Origin: an uncultured Gammaproteobacteria bacterium
GTDB lineage: Bacteria; Patescibacteriota; Patescibacteriia; Magasanikbacterales; GWA2-37-8
Direction of reading: 5' to 3'
NCBI GenBank assembly: GCA_964442985.1
Contig: CAYUBH010000001.1
Coordinates: forward strand, 7,311-44,979
Length of the DNA stretch: 37,669 nt
The notes under the pieces were generated by a model. It did no database searches and had not been told where the DNA came from. It saw only the letters and a list, made by a program, of their open reading frames with translations. Shown here in pieces: positions 1 through 8,911 of this stretch; position 1 is the first letter of the stretch, and the number at the start of each line of letters is the position of its first letter. Both the position numbers and the translations under genes were made by a program.

Positions 1-83
1 GGTGGTACGTAAATAAACAAACCCTTGAGCACGTCATCAACGACGAACGAATACATCAATTTGTCTAAAGATTCAGCAGCCAT
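1..83 (-). CDS. 5' end of an unidentified ORF running off the window (MAAESLDKLMYSFVVDDVLKGLFIYVPP...)
   Basis: ATG at 81-83 (minus), 19 nt after the yidC stop. The frame stays open to position 1 (27 codons). Too short to identify. Confidence 0.25.
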   Translation of the reverse strand, partial: MAAESLDKLMYSFVVDDVLKGLFIYVP

Positions 84-102
84 AGATAAAGACAGTTAAA
101 AA

Positions 103-825
103 TTAATGGTGACCTGATCCGTGTGCTTCGGCCGGCGCTTTCTTTTTAAAGAAAGCATGACGAAGCAAACTAATCACGTCAGAAAAAATCATGGTGGTCA
201 AGATAAACAGCGATTTGACCATTGGCAAGTACCAGAGCAAGGCAAACGTCGCGAGCGGAAAGAAAATAAAATAATACATCTCTGATTTATTCCACGATTT
301 CTTGGCACGAGTTTCAACAATAATAGAAACGAGCAGATAGACTGCCACAATCCCCGCCCACGTATAATCATGGGTGTGACCAATATCAAAACCATAGAAA
401 CTAACGTTGACCCGACCAGGAAAATCGATCGATGGGTACAAATTTTTCATCATCTTATCGCCGGTAATACCACCAACGAACACTTGATACAAAAGCAAGA
501 AGATAACTGCCTGCACCGCCACCGAAGAAGCTTTGGCCCATGGTGAGACTTTGTATTTTTTCATGATTTTGCGCACCACTTCTTGTTGAGCGATACGATC
601 ATTTTTGTAGGCTTTGATAGCGAGTGCAGCTTCGGCTTCGGCTGTTTCACGACGCTGATCGTTGGATTCAGACAAGATAGTGAGCGGCAAAAGCACGATA
701 CGCAAAAAGACAGTTAACCAAATAACTGCCCAACCAAGATTTTGATCGGCAATGTTCGAGTAAATCCAAATCAACGCGTTAAACAACGGCTGATAGAAAA
801 ACGTGAACCAAAGCATTGAAAACAT
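103..825 (-). CDS. yidC: YidC/Oxa1-family membrane protein insertase (short form, 240 aa)
   Basis: Multi-pass hydrophobic protein with a YidC-like layout: TM1 followed by LRIVLLPLT, a basic amphipathic loop (KIMKKYKVSPW), further TM helices and a basic C-tail. ATG at 823-825. Confidence 0.8.
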   Translation of the reverse strand: MFSMLWFTFFYQPLFNALIWIYSNIADQNLGWAVIWLTVFLRIVLLPLTILSESNDQRRETAEAEAALAIKAYKNDRIAQQEVVRKIMKKYKVSPWAKASSVAVQAVIFLLLYQVFVGGITGDKMMKNLYPSIDFPGRVNVSFYGFDIGHTHDYTWAGIVAVYLLVSIIVETRAKKSWNKSEMYYFIFFPLATFALLWYLPMVKSLFILTTMIFSDVISLLRHAFFKKKAPAEAHGSGHH

Positions 826-835
826 AGATATATTC

Positions 836-908
836 AGTATACCAGCTCTGACCCTAAAAAACTATAGGGAACCGTACACAGCATACCATAAAACAAGCTT
901 TTTGTCAA
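836..908 (-). promoter_or_regulatory. Two tandem sigma70-type promoters upstream of yidC
   Basis: Minus strand: TTGACA (903-908), 17-nt spacer ending in TGG (886-888), then TATGCT (880-885). A second TGG-TATACT (836-844) lies only 10 nt before the ATG at 825. Confidence 0.5.
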
Positions 909-955
909 CGCTTCTAAGCACCAAAAAATGGCTTAAATTAGATGAAAAATAGCCA

Positions 956-2122
956 TTAGACGATCATGTCCCAGACATACTGGGCCACATTGTTGGTTTT
1001 GCCGATAAGCGGCATGTGATGCAGATTGATAAACGGCACCCCGTTACACTCAATAATCCCCCATTTTTGCCCGACTGGGTCTTTGGCAACGTCGGCAATA
1101 ATGAAATCAAAACCAAGGAGCGGATCGCCAACCACCTTGGCCGCCGCTTCGAGCGCCTCTTTGATAGCCGGGTGCGTTTCATCGGTTATTTCATAACTCG
1201 ACCCGCCGTAGGACACCCCAATTTTTTCAGTCATATCAATAGTCACCCCGGCTGGCAAAACTGTTTCCAAGGTATAACCACGACGCGCCAAAAAATCAAG
1301 CGTCACCGAAGTGATTGGAATATCTTTGACCGGAGGAACCTTGAGAGCGTTCTTTGTCGCCACTAATTCGGCAATAGTTTTGACACCGTCACCCGTCACT
1401 CGAGGCGGATCGCCACCCAACACACCGCGCAACTTACCACCAATCATCGTCCCACGATAAACACTCCCCACCAAATGCTCCTCAACTACCACCCAACGAC
1501 ACAACTGCTTAGCAACAGCAAACGCCTCACGAAGCTGATCTTCGGTATAAATAAAAGTGGTGGTATGGCGCCCACGCGAACCCAAACGAGGTTTCACAAT
1601 CACCGGCTTTGAAGCCGTGCTAAAAAAAGCTCGCGCTGTTTCAAAATCAGAAAATCCCCCACCCTTCGGGGTCGGCAAACCAGCTTCATGCAAACGAATT
1701 TTCAAAATTGCTTTATCATCCATCCAGACAAGTGCTCGGTTGTCAGCCATTTTTGGCCGAGGCAGACCATTGAAATACAGTGTTTTACCAAGCACCTTGG
1801 CCCGATAAAAATCTATCGGTCGCCCCATAAACTCAGCGCCTTCCATAGCTATCCCCCGACGCTCCGCATCTTCCCAAAGCACACTCGCTCGAGCAATCGT
1901 ACATTTTTTTCTATCAGTATAAAAACGCACCAAGCCAATCAACCGAAAGGTATGGAGCATGCCATACAGCACAAGATCGGTCAGCCAATTAAAAAATCGC
2001 CCAAACAACGAAGTGGCGAGAAAATAATTAAATGGAGTCATGATAACGACCAAAGTAGAATTCACCCACGTCAAAGTGTGTGGCACGGGGTTATTTCCAC
2101 AATAGAGACATTTAGCTGGCAT
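956..2122 (-). CDS. Membrane-anchored ATP-grasp ligase resembling the N-terminal ATP-grasp module of cyanophycin synthetase
   Basis: ATP-grasp motifs VIVKPRLGSRGRH, PRVTGDGVKTIAELV and IIECNGVPFINLHHMPLIGKTNNVAQYVWDMI. N-terminus has CLYCGNN plus two hydrophobic helices. First ATG is at 2120-2122; the ORF-track start at 2128 is TTG. It overlaps the upstream ORF by 11 nt. Confidence 0.7.
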   Translation of the reverse strand: MPAKCLYCGNNPVPHTLTWVNSTLVVIMTPFNYFLATSLFGRFFNWLTDLVLYGMLHTFRLIGLVRFYTDRKKCTIARASVLWEDAERRGIAMEGAEFMGRPIDFYRAKVLGKTLYFNGLPRPKMADNRALVWMDDKAILKIRLHEAGLPTPKGGGFSDFETARAFFSTASKPVIVKPRLGSRGRHTTTFIYTEDQLREAFAVAKQLCRWVVVEEHLVGSVYRGTMIGGKLRGVLGGDPPRVTGDGVKTIAELVATKNALKVPPVKDIPITSVTLDFLARRGYTLETVLPAGVTIDMTEKIGVSYGGSSYEITDETHPAIKEALEAAAKVVGDPLLGFDFIIADVAKDPVGQKWGIIECNGVPFINLHHMPLIGKTNNVAQYVWDMIV

Positions 2123-3515
2123 AAACAATCGGTGTCATAGATTCAAAAGGCTGTGCTGGCAAAACCGGTTTGTCCCCTTGAACGATAGTATAGAACTCAG
2201 GCATTAAATTGTCGAGCGCTGCAGAAAGAGGTATCTCACGAAGAGTGTCGGCCATCACTCGAGCGGTCGCTTCGTCGCTGTAGAGCATCAGATCAATCGC
2301 TGTTGCGAGCGTACGCTCTTCAGTCTTTGCCCCCACTATGTAGCAGGCCACGTCAGAGCTCAAAAAATCCGCTCGCACACTGGTAGCCACTGTATCAAAC
2401 CGCCCCATTTCAGCCAGAAGTGCCGACCAAGCGTCACGAAGTTCTGGTAAATAATCAACCTGACTAAACCCACCACCACAGGTGAGACCATAATAAAAAC
2501 TAAGGACAATAAAAGACAGCGCCATACTTGGCATGAGCACACCTGTTTCAAGCGCGTCGCCGACAGCTTCGGGTGTGAGTGCCACCGCGACCGTGCCATC
2601 ATGCGACACCAGCTGACCGTCTTTAATAATCAAAGGAATACGGAGCGTCTTATAGAGCCCCCAAAACAAATACGTCCCTCGCTGAGTGAGCGATGTAAAC
2701 GAGCCAACCAAACCATCGAAGTGACGCACAAAAGCATCGCGCCACAACGGATTAAACAACAATTCAAAAATAACCGTTGGTGTTTCTAGATGATACGAAA
2801 CAATCAGATCAGCTACCATTCGCTCCTGCGGAATATAGAGCATGTTAGTGGATTGCTCACCTGGTAGCTGTTTCCACAAAATGTAATTAGCCAAACTTAG
2901 CTGATCAGCAAACGATCCTTGCATCATCACCGCTGGAGAAGCAAACACTCGCTCGAGCGCATACGACGGTGTCGACGGAAGGAGAGCTTCACACTCGAGA
3001 GTAAATCGCTCCAAATCATCAAGTGTATAGGGAAACAAACCATACACCGACCCGGCACGGTATTTCCACGGCAACACATGCGCCCGAGCTTCTTCAAGTG
3101 TCGCGGTGTGCCAAAAAATACCTCGTGGGAATGAAGAATTATTCAAAGAAATACTAGCACACGAAAAAACGATGACATTATTACAACCACGCGACCGATT
3201 TACCAGTGCTTGTGCCACTGATCCGGTCACCACAAAGGGGTGACACACTGGAGCATGGTGTTCGGCTGTAGAAACATACCACTGCTCTTCGAGCTGCAGT
3301 GTTGCTTCGCGCGCCACCGAAGAACCAAACAAACGCGACGCTTCACTCTCAAACACTGTTAACACTTCTTGTTTTCGTTCTTCAGGAACAACCGTCGGCG
3401 CCGACCAAGCACTATCAAAATACGAAAAAACACTGGTATCACCAAGTTCTCGAATAATCTTTTTAAGCCCCGGCTTATGTACCAAGACCACACGCCGTAG
3501 TTCGTCGAGTGTCAT
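2112..3515 (-). CDS. Hypothetical protein, 467 aa, no family recognised
   Basis: Long uninterrupted ORF with ATG at 3513-3515. The stop at 2112-2114 overlaps the ATP-grasp start. One hydrophobic segment (MPSMALSFIVLSFYYGLTCGGGF). Confidence 0.65.
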   Translation of the reverse strand: MTLDELRRVVLVHKPGLKKIIRELGDTSVFSYFDSAWSAPTVVPEERKQEVLTVFESEASRLFGSSVAREATLQLEEQWYVSTAEHHAPVCHPFVVTGSVAQALVNRSRGCNNVIVFSCASISLNNSSFPRGIFWHTATLEEARAHVLPWKYRAGSVYGLFPYTLDDLERFTLECEALLPSTPSYALERVFASPAVMMQGSFADQLSLANYILWKQLPGEQSTNMLYIPQERMVADLIVSYHLETPTVIFELLFNPLWRDAFVRHFDGLVGSFTSLTQRGTYLFWGLYKTLRIPLIIKDGQLVSHDGTVAVALTPEAVGDALETGVLMPSMALSFIVLSFYYGLTCGGGFSQVDYLPELRDAWSALLAEMGRFDTVATSVRADFLSSDVACYIVGAKTEERTLATAIDLMLYSDEATARVMADTLREIPLSAALDNLMPEFYTIVQGDKPVLPAQPFESMTPIVYAS

Positions 3516-3529
3516 AGGCTACGCTAGTA

Positions 3530-4876
3530 TTATCTAAACGAAGAGATAAACTCATGTACACGGGTATCGAGCCAAACATGTTCTGGGCCAACGGGGCGTT
3601 TGAGCACCAACCCCTCAAGCGAGGTGGCGCGAGATAACGCAACATACAATTGCCCTGGAGAAAATGTTCCTCGACCAATATCCACAATCACATTATCAAA
3701 GGTTTTTCCCTGACTTTTATGAATCGTAATCGCCCAAGCCAAACGCATCGGATATTGTGTAAACGATCCCACCGACTCTGACTCAATCTTACCAAGATCG
3801 CGATTAAAACTAAACGAATAAATATCCCACTGATGACGCGTCACCCGCACGGTCTCCCCCGTTTCTAATTCCACCGACAAAATTTGTGGTGCTCGCTTAT
3901 CTGTTGGGTCGTCCTCCACACTTTTAATCACCCCAACAGTGCCATTAATCCAACGACCCGACACATCATTGTTGAGCATCATCACCTGCGCCCCCACTTT
4001 GAGACGAAGTTCGCTTTCTGTCGGTAAATATTTAGCATCAAACGTCCCTTGCGTATCTCCACGATACACCAACTCCTGGCCTTTGAGTCGAGCCAGCGCT
4101 TCATAATTAATTTCATCCGCCGCCTTGTTGGTGGTGGTGAGTGTCACATAGACATTATTTTTTGGCGGGATAAACGAACGATCCAGGCGTTTGTTGAGAG
4201 CTGTGTAGACACTTTGGTCAGCCGTGTTAGTGCGCACCGCATTTAAAAGAGAAATAAACTCAGCATCGCGTTGACGATACACTTTTTGAAGCTCCACACA
4301 TTCCATTTTAAGCGGATCAGCTGCAAACAAATCACGTTTTTTTGGACTAATCGCATGCGCCGAGAAAAAATATGGACTCTCATAGTGCTCGCGAAACGCC
4401 GACGATTCGTCATTGGTGGTTACTGGTGGAAGTTGGTATAAGTCGCCAATAAAAATCATCTGCACACCACCAAATACCATCCCTTTGCGCGGGCCATGGA
4501 GACGCAAAAAAGTATCTACGCAATCAAGCACGTCAGCCCGCACCATAGAAATTTCATCAATCACAATCGCCTGCAATTTTCGATAGAGCTCATCGCGCCC
4601 ACCCACTTTAATCTTGCGTACTTTTTCCACCGTAATATCTGGCTTGAAACGAAAAAACGAGTGGATGGTTTGTCCAGCAATATTCACTGCCGCCACTCCG
4701 GTTGGGGCCAGGAGAACGACATTTTTTACCGTATGTTTTTTAAAATGATTGAGTAGCGTGGATTTCCCTGTGCCTGCTCGCCCTGTGACAAACACGTGTT
4801 TACTCGTGTTTTCCATGAGATGCAATGCTTCTTGGAAGGCCTCGTTCAGATCAACGGTCGTTTTGAGTCGTGCCAT
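3530..4876 (-). CDS. PIF1/RecD-like SF1B ATP-dependent DNA helicase
   Basis: Walker A VTGRAGTGKSTLL, Walker B VIDEISMV, PIF1-type GDLYQLPPV, and C-terminal ITIHKSQGKTFDNVIVD. Confidence 0.8.
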   Translation of the reverse strand: MARLKTTVDLNEAFQEALHLMENTSKHVFVTGRAGTGKSTLLNHFKKHTVKNVVLLAPTGVAAVNIAGQTIHSFFRFKPDITVEKVRKIKVGGRDELYRKLQAIVIDEISMVRADVLDCVDTFLRLHGPRKGMVFGGVQMIFIGDLYQLPPVTTNDESSAFREHYESPYFFSAHAISPKKRDLFAADPLKMECVELQKVYRQRDAEFISLLNAVRTNTADQSVYTALNKRLDRSFIPPKNNVYVTLTTTNKAADEINYEALARLKGQELVYRGDTQGTFDAKYLPTESELRLKVGAQVMMLNNDVSGRWINGTVGVIKSVEDDPTDKRAPQILSVELETGETVRVTRHQWDIYSFSFNRDLGKIESESVGSFTQYPMRLAWAITIHKSQGKTFDNVIVDIGRGTFSPGQLYVALSRATSLEGLVLKRPVGPEHVWLDTRVHEFISSFR

Positions 4877-4902
4877 ATCGTTTCACTATACACTAAGTAT
4901 CC

Positions 4903-5157
4903 TTAATCGCCAAACAAGGCTTCTTTTTTCGCTCGGCTCAGACGTTTAATAGCTATTTCCCGCTTCAAAGCTCCTGAGCGAGATGCGAATTTCTCAGAAT
5001 AGACCAATGCGACCGGGCGACGGGCGCGAGTATATTTTGCTCCTCTTGGCGAAGTATTGTGAGCGACAATCCGACTAGTCACATCGGTGGTAAATCCAGT
5101 ATATAGCGTGCCGTCACAACAGCGCACGATATACACAAAAAAAGATTTTTTTGACAT
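4903..5157 (-). CDS. Stand-alone GIY-YIG nuclease-domain protein (84 aa)
   Basis: FVYIVRCCDGTLYTGFTTDVTSRIVAHN is the GIY-x10-YTG...R...HN pattern. Size is typical of UPF0213/YhbQ-like proteins. Confidence 0.8.
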   Translation of the reverse strand: MSKKSFFVYIVRCCDGTLYTGFTTDVTSRIVAHNTSPRGAKYTRARRPVALVYSEKFASRSGALKREIAIKRLSRAKKEALFGD

Positions 5158-5163
5158 ACCGTA

Positions 5164-8100
5164 TTAGCGCTTCAACAACTCCAAAATAAATGCTCGCGTG
5201 CCAGCAGCAAACTTACCCGTTCCTTTGGTAAGGCCAAGCGGGGTAAGAATTGATTTAGCGTTAGCTTCTTGGAAGCGGATGAGGGCGAGGCGTGTGGCGG
5301 GACCGAAGTAATTAGTTTCTTTACCAGGTGAGCCGGCGCCAGATTTAGCAATCGTAAAACCAAGAGCATTAAGGGCACGTTGGAGAAGGCGAACTTGGGA
5401 ATCAAACACACCCATTTGAAGTACTTTGGTGAGACGAGCAGTGCCCAGGGCTTGTTTGAGAGCGAGAATTGGCAAGGTTGTAGCTGGCGGTGCCGGAGGG
5501 GTCAGTGGAGCTGACGGCTCAGCAGGGGTTGGATCGGGTGGAATAATCGGCTCGGTGGTCGTAGAGGCTACGGGTAGTGTTGAGGTGGTAGTAGTAACGA
5601 CAGACACGGTCGTTGTCGTCGCTGGGGTCAGCGCTTCCAAATCTGAATAGCCAATCAAGGCCGGACTCGAACCACCATAGACTGGCGCTGAAGTATTAGG
5701 AGGAACAAATGATAAAGTAACACTGCTCAAAAACGGGCTTGTGGCTCCGCTCGAAGAGAACAACGTTTTGTATTGCACATATTGATCACCCGACCCATCA
5801 GTGAAAGCAGAATTAAGCGTTTCACTGCCGGAGGTTGAGAAATACGTCGACGAAGTATTATCAGGGCCAACCCACTCGGCTGAGTCGAGTGTGGTAGTAC
5901 TACTCCCCGTGCGAATCTGAAAACGAAGGGTGGCACTCGCGCTCGTGGTGCCGGTCCATTCCAGGCTAGAGATTTTACTTCCCGAGTCATTGCTGTTGTA
6001 GACAGAAGAAACCAACGTTCCACTTGCCGAGAAAGAAGAATAATTCAAAGTAACATTTTCTAAACGAGGAGAAAAATCTGTATTAGCCGTTGCTAAATAT
6101 GCTTTATACTTCAAATACTGTGCACCTGTAGTAAGTGTCCCGGTAAAAGTTGATGAGCCAGCAGCAAAATACGTACTGGCGGTACCGTCGGGGCCAACAT
6201 AGGTGGAATACGTACTATTATCAGATGATGTGGCAATTTGTAAACGCAACGAATCACTACCAACAGTGACGGGGGTGGACGATGACCAACTAAGACTATC
6301 CAAACGTGCCGCACCGAGAGATAACGGCGCCGAGGTGAAATCACCAGACGATGGATAACTAATATCATTAACAATAAATTTATAAATTAAATTAGTCGTA
6401 CCACCACAAACCAGATAGATAACATCTTTATCTTGAGAAAAGGTAATACCACCGCCATTGGTCACACTGCATGGCTGGGCTTGCAAGACTTCCCAGGCTG
6501 TCGAAGTGCTTGCCAAAGTATGACGCCAAAAACCAAGATTACTACTATTTCCCTGCAACACATAGGCGTACGTATCTGACAACAATACGGTGGTTCGAGA
6601 ACCAACACTACCAGGCATAGCAGTAAACGATTCCCAAGCAGTCGATGTCGCATCATTAATTCCTCGACGATAAAAACCAGTAAGACCACCCCCTACCACA
6701 TACAAATGGGTGTCATTTATTGCCATAAGAGAATTTGAGCCGGCTGCTGTAGAAACATTTCCTGGCAAATTAGCTAGTGCTTCCCAAGAAGTAGAGGTGG
6801 AACTAAGCACGTGGCGATAGGTACTCGAAGTGGTTCCACCACGCACCACGTACACATAGGTATCATCAAAAATAAATGAGGCTCCCCCGCCCATGGTAGC
6901 CGGTAGTGCTGTAAATGTTTCCCACGAAGTAGACGTAATGCCTTTTAGATGACGGTATAGCCCTGTTTTTTCGGCAGTATTTCCTTGTAAAAAATAAATG
7001 TAATCACCATAAACAGTGAGCGAACCGGTTGTTCCGGTTGAGGTTGGGGCAGCTGTGTACGATTCCCACGACGATGTCGGGGTCGCCAAAAGAGACCGGC
7101 GATAAAAACTAGTCCCCGAACCAAGCATCGCATAGGCATAGTCATCATCAACTACCATAGAAGTACCGTTAGCGATAGAGCCTGGTATAGTAGAAGACAC
7201 CCAGGCTGATGAGGTGCTAGTCAAATCATGGCGAAGAAACCCTGCAGCAGCTAATACATACAAATAATTTTTACTCAATGAAAAAACTGGCAACGCACCA
7301 CCACCAACAGTGGACGGCATCACCGTAAATTGAGAAGAGTTTGAGCCAATCCACGGACTTGATGTATCAGACAATGTATGACGATGTAAACTGGTCGGCC
7401 AAGCAAAGACATGCAAAAAATTATTATCTATCGCTGTGCCTCCACTCGTGCTTGAAAAAGCCGGTGTTGAAGTTATTGCTTCCCAGGCAGTTGATGTTGT
7501 GGTCTTGTCACGACGATAAGCGGCTGCCGACTGTCCACGGGTAAAATATAGATAACTTGCATCAACTTCTAAACCACCACCCGTCCCTAAGGTAGTTGGC
7601 ATGGCTGTGTACGCTTCCCAAGCCGTCGAAGTGTTAGACAGGGTATGACGAAACGTCGTTGTGTTTGCTCCACCAGTTGCGGTACTAGCAATAATATAGA
7701 GATAATCAGCATCGATCGTCGCTGTTGAACCACTAGTAACAACGTACGGAAGATTAGCAAAAGGATCCCAAGCCGAAGAGGTTGAAGATTTATCATGACG
7801 ATACGAGGTACTAGCGCTACTTCCGGGGAAAACATAAATATAATTAGCGTCCTGCAATAGCTGAGAACCGCTTCCTGCACTACTAGGAAGGACGGTGAAG
7901 GTGTCCCAGGCTGAAGAGGTGTTGGACAATGTATGACGATAAAAACTCGTTGCCCCACCTCGCAACACATACATGTAGCTCTCATCTACCATAAGATTCG
8001 AACCACTACTTGCCGAAGCCGGAAGGGTAGTAAAACTTTCCCAACCAGCCGAAGTGTTGGTAATAGAGTGACGATAGGTATTAGTGCTACTACTGCGAAG

Positions 8101-8778
8101 AAAATAAATATAATTAGCGTCAATGGCAATTCTTGAATCGTCAGTATTTACAGCAGCTGATAGTTGAGAATAAGTAACCATTGTTCCGAGAGAATAATCA
8201 AAACGATGAACTTTTGGAAAATCAGTAGTGCTTGTTGCTTGGAGAATATAGACATACGTACCGGTGGCAATGATCATTTCAGCAACACCCATCTGCCCAG
8301 GAATAAATGGATTGAGTGTATCAAAAGCGTTGACTGCAACTTCTGTGGTAGTGGCAAGCCCAATGTAGCCAAGCGAGTTTAACCTGGAAAGCTGTAATTG
8401 CGTTTGATTCAGCGTCCCATTCAAAAATCCGCCACCCGAGGCGAGACCTGAATACGTAGAGGTGACATCGTCAACAAACGAATAGGTAGATGATGTCAGA
8501 CGAAGAGCGGTAGTGACAGTAAAATCAAGATAAGTTGAAGTGGAATAGCCGTTCCAGCCAGTACGATTAGTTGGATCGTTTGCGACAGTGGAAGTAACTC
8601 CCCCACTCCAACTCTCCTGATAAAACGCAACTGAGGTGGCTGCCAAAGCAATCTGCTGGGCTACAAAAACAAAACCAAAGACAGTTACCAAACCAAACAA
8701 CAGGCTGTTTTTAACAGTCTGCAAAGATAGGTTATGGCGAGAAAAAAAGGTAGCAATGCTAGATAGAAAGGATTTCAT
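5164..8778 (-). CDS. Giant secreted cell-wall-associated protein (1204 aa): Kelch-like beta-propeller repeats, two beta-sandwich modules, Thr/Pro linker, PG-binding domain
   Basis: N-terminal hydrophobic signal/anchor (LLFGLVTVFGFVFVAQQIALA). About 13 repeats of Y-x-Y-hh...(F)YRHxLxxTSxAWExFTxxP with a period of about 46 aa. C-terminal PG_binding_1-like sequence. Confidence 0.85.
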   Translation of the reverse strand: MKSFLSSIATFFSRHNLSLQTVKNSLLFGLVTVFGFVFVAQQIALAATSVAFYQESWSGGVTSTVANDPTNRTGWNGYSTSTYLDFTVTTALRLTSSTYSFVDDVTSTYSGLASGGGFLNGTLNQTQLQLSRLNSLGYIGLATTTEVAVNAFDTLNPFIPGQMGVAEMIIATGTYVYILQATSTTDFPKVHRFDYSLGTMVTYSQLSAAVNTDDSRIAIDANYIYFLRSSSTNTYRHSITNTSAGWESFTTLPASASSGSNLMVDESYMYVLRGGATSFYRHTLSNTSSAWDTFTVLPSSAGSGSQLLQDANYIYVFPGSSASTSYRHDKSSTSSAWDPFANLPYVVTSGSTATIDADYLYIIASTATGGANTTTFRHTLSNTSTAWEAYTAMPTTLGTGGGLEVDASYLYFTRGQSAAAYRRDKTTTSTAWEAITSTPAFSSTSGGTAIDNNFLHVFAWPTSLHRHTLSDTSSPWIGSNSSQFTVMPSTVGGGALPVFSLSKNYLYVLAAAGFLRHDLTSTSSAWVSSTIPGSIANGTSMVVDDDYAYAMLGSGTSFYRRSLLATPTSSWESYTAAPTSTGTTGSLTVYGDYIYFLQGNTAEKTGLYRHLKGITSTSWETFTALPATMGGGASFIFDDTYVYVVRGGTTSSTYRHVLSSTSTSWEALANLPGNVSTAAGSNSLMAINDTHLYVVGGGLTGFYRRGINDATSTAWESFTAMPGSVGSRTTVLLSDTYAYVLQGNSSNLGFWRHTLASTSTAWEVLQAQPCSVTNGGGITFSQDKDVIYLVCGGTTNLIYKFIVNDISYPSSGDFTSAPLSLGAARLDSLSWSSSTPVTVGSDSLRLQIATSSDNSTYSTYVGPDGTASTYFAAGSSTFTGTLTTGAQYLKYKAYLATANTDFSPRLENVTLNYSSFSASGTLVSSVYNSNDSGSKISSLEWTGTTSASATLRFQIRTGSSTTTLDSAEWVGPDNTSSTYFSTSGSETLNSAFTDGSGDQYVQYKTLFSSSGATSPFLSSVTLSFVPPNTSAPVYGGSSPALIGYSDLEALTPATTTTVSVVTTTTSTLPVASTTTEPIIPPDPTPAEPSAPLTPPAPPATTLPILALKQALGTARLTKVLQMGVFDSQVRLLQRALNALGFTIAKSGAGSPGKETNYFGPATRLALIRFQEANAKSILTPLGLTKGTGKFAAGTRAFILELLKR
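5167..5427 (-). other. PG_binding_1-like peptidoglycan-binding domain (C-terminus of the 1204-aa protein)
   Basis: GVFDSQVRLLQRALNALGFTIAKSGAGSPGKETNYFGPATRLALIRFQEANAKSILTPLGL matches the three-helix V..LQ..L...G......G.FG..T..A...FQ pattern. Confidence 0.7.
6364..8286 (-). repeat. Coding tandem repeat: about 13 Kelch-like propeller blades (enough for two 6-7-bladed propellers)
   Basis: Periodic YIYFLRSSSTNTYRHSITNTSAGWESFTTLP, YMYVLRGGATSFYRHTLSNTSSAWDTFTVLP, YVYVVRGGTTSSTYRHVLSSTSTSWEALANLP and similar units across aa 165-805. Confidence 0.6.
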
Positions 8779-8802
8779 TAAAACAGAACTTTAATTAGTG
8801 CT

Positions 8803-8831
8803 AGTATAGCAAAAAACGAGGTACCAAACAA
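8803..8831 (-). promoter_or_regulatory. Extended -10 promoter for the 1204-aa surface protein gene
   Basis: Minus strand: TTGTTT (8826-8831), 17-nt spacer ending in TGC (8809-8811), then TATACT (8803-8808). ATG at 8778. Confidence 0.45.
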
Positions 8832-8844
8832 TGGGAAAAATGGG

Positions 8845-8877
8845 GATAAAAAACACCTCTCGCCAAAAGAGAGGTGT
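8845..8877 (-). terminator. Rho-independent terminator after the small membrane protein gene
   Basis: Stem ACACCTCTC / GAGAGGTGT (8853-8861 / 8869-8877), followed on the minus strand by TTTTTTAT. Confidence 0.65.
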
Positions 8878-8911
8878 GTACTAGCTAACCAGAAGTCTGC
8901 CTAAAAAAGTC

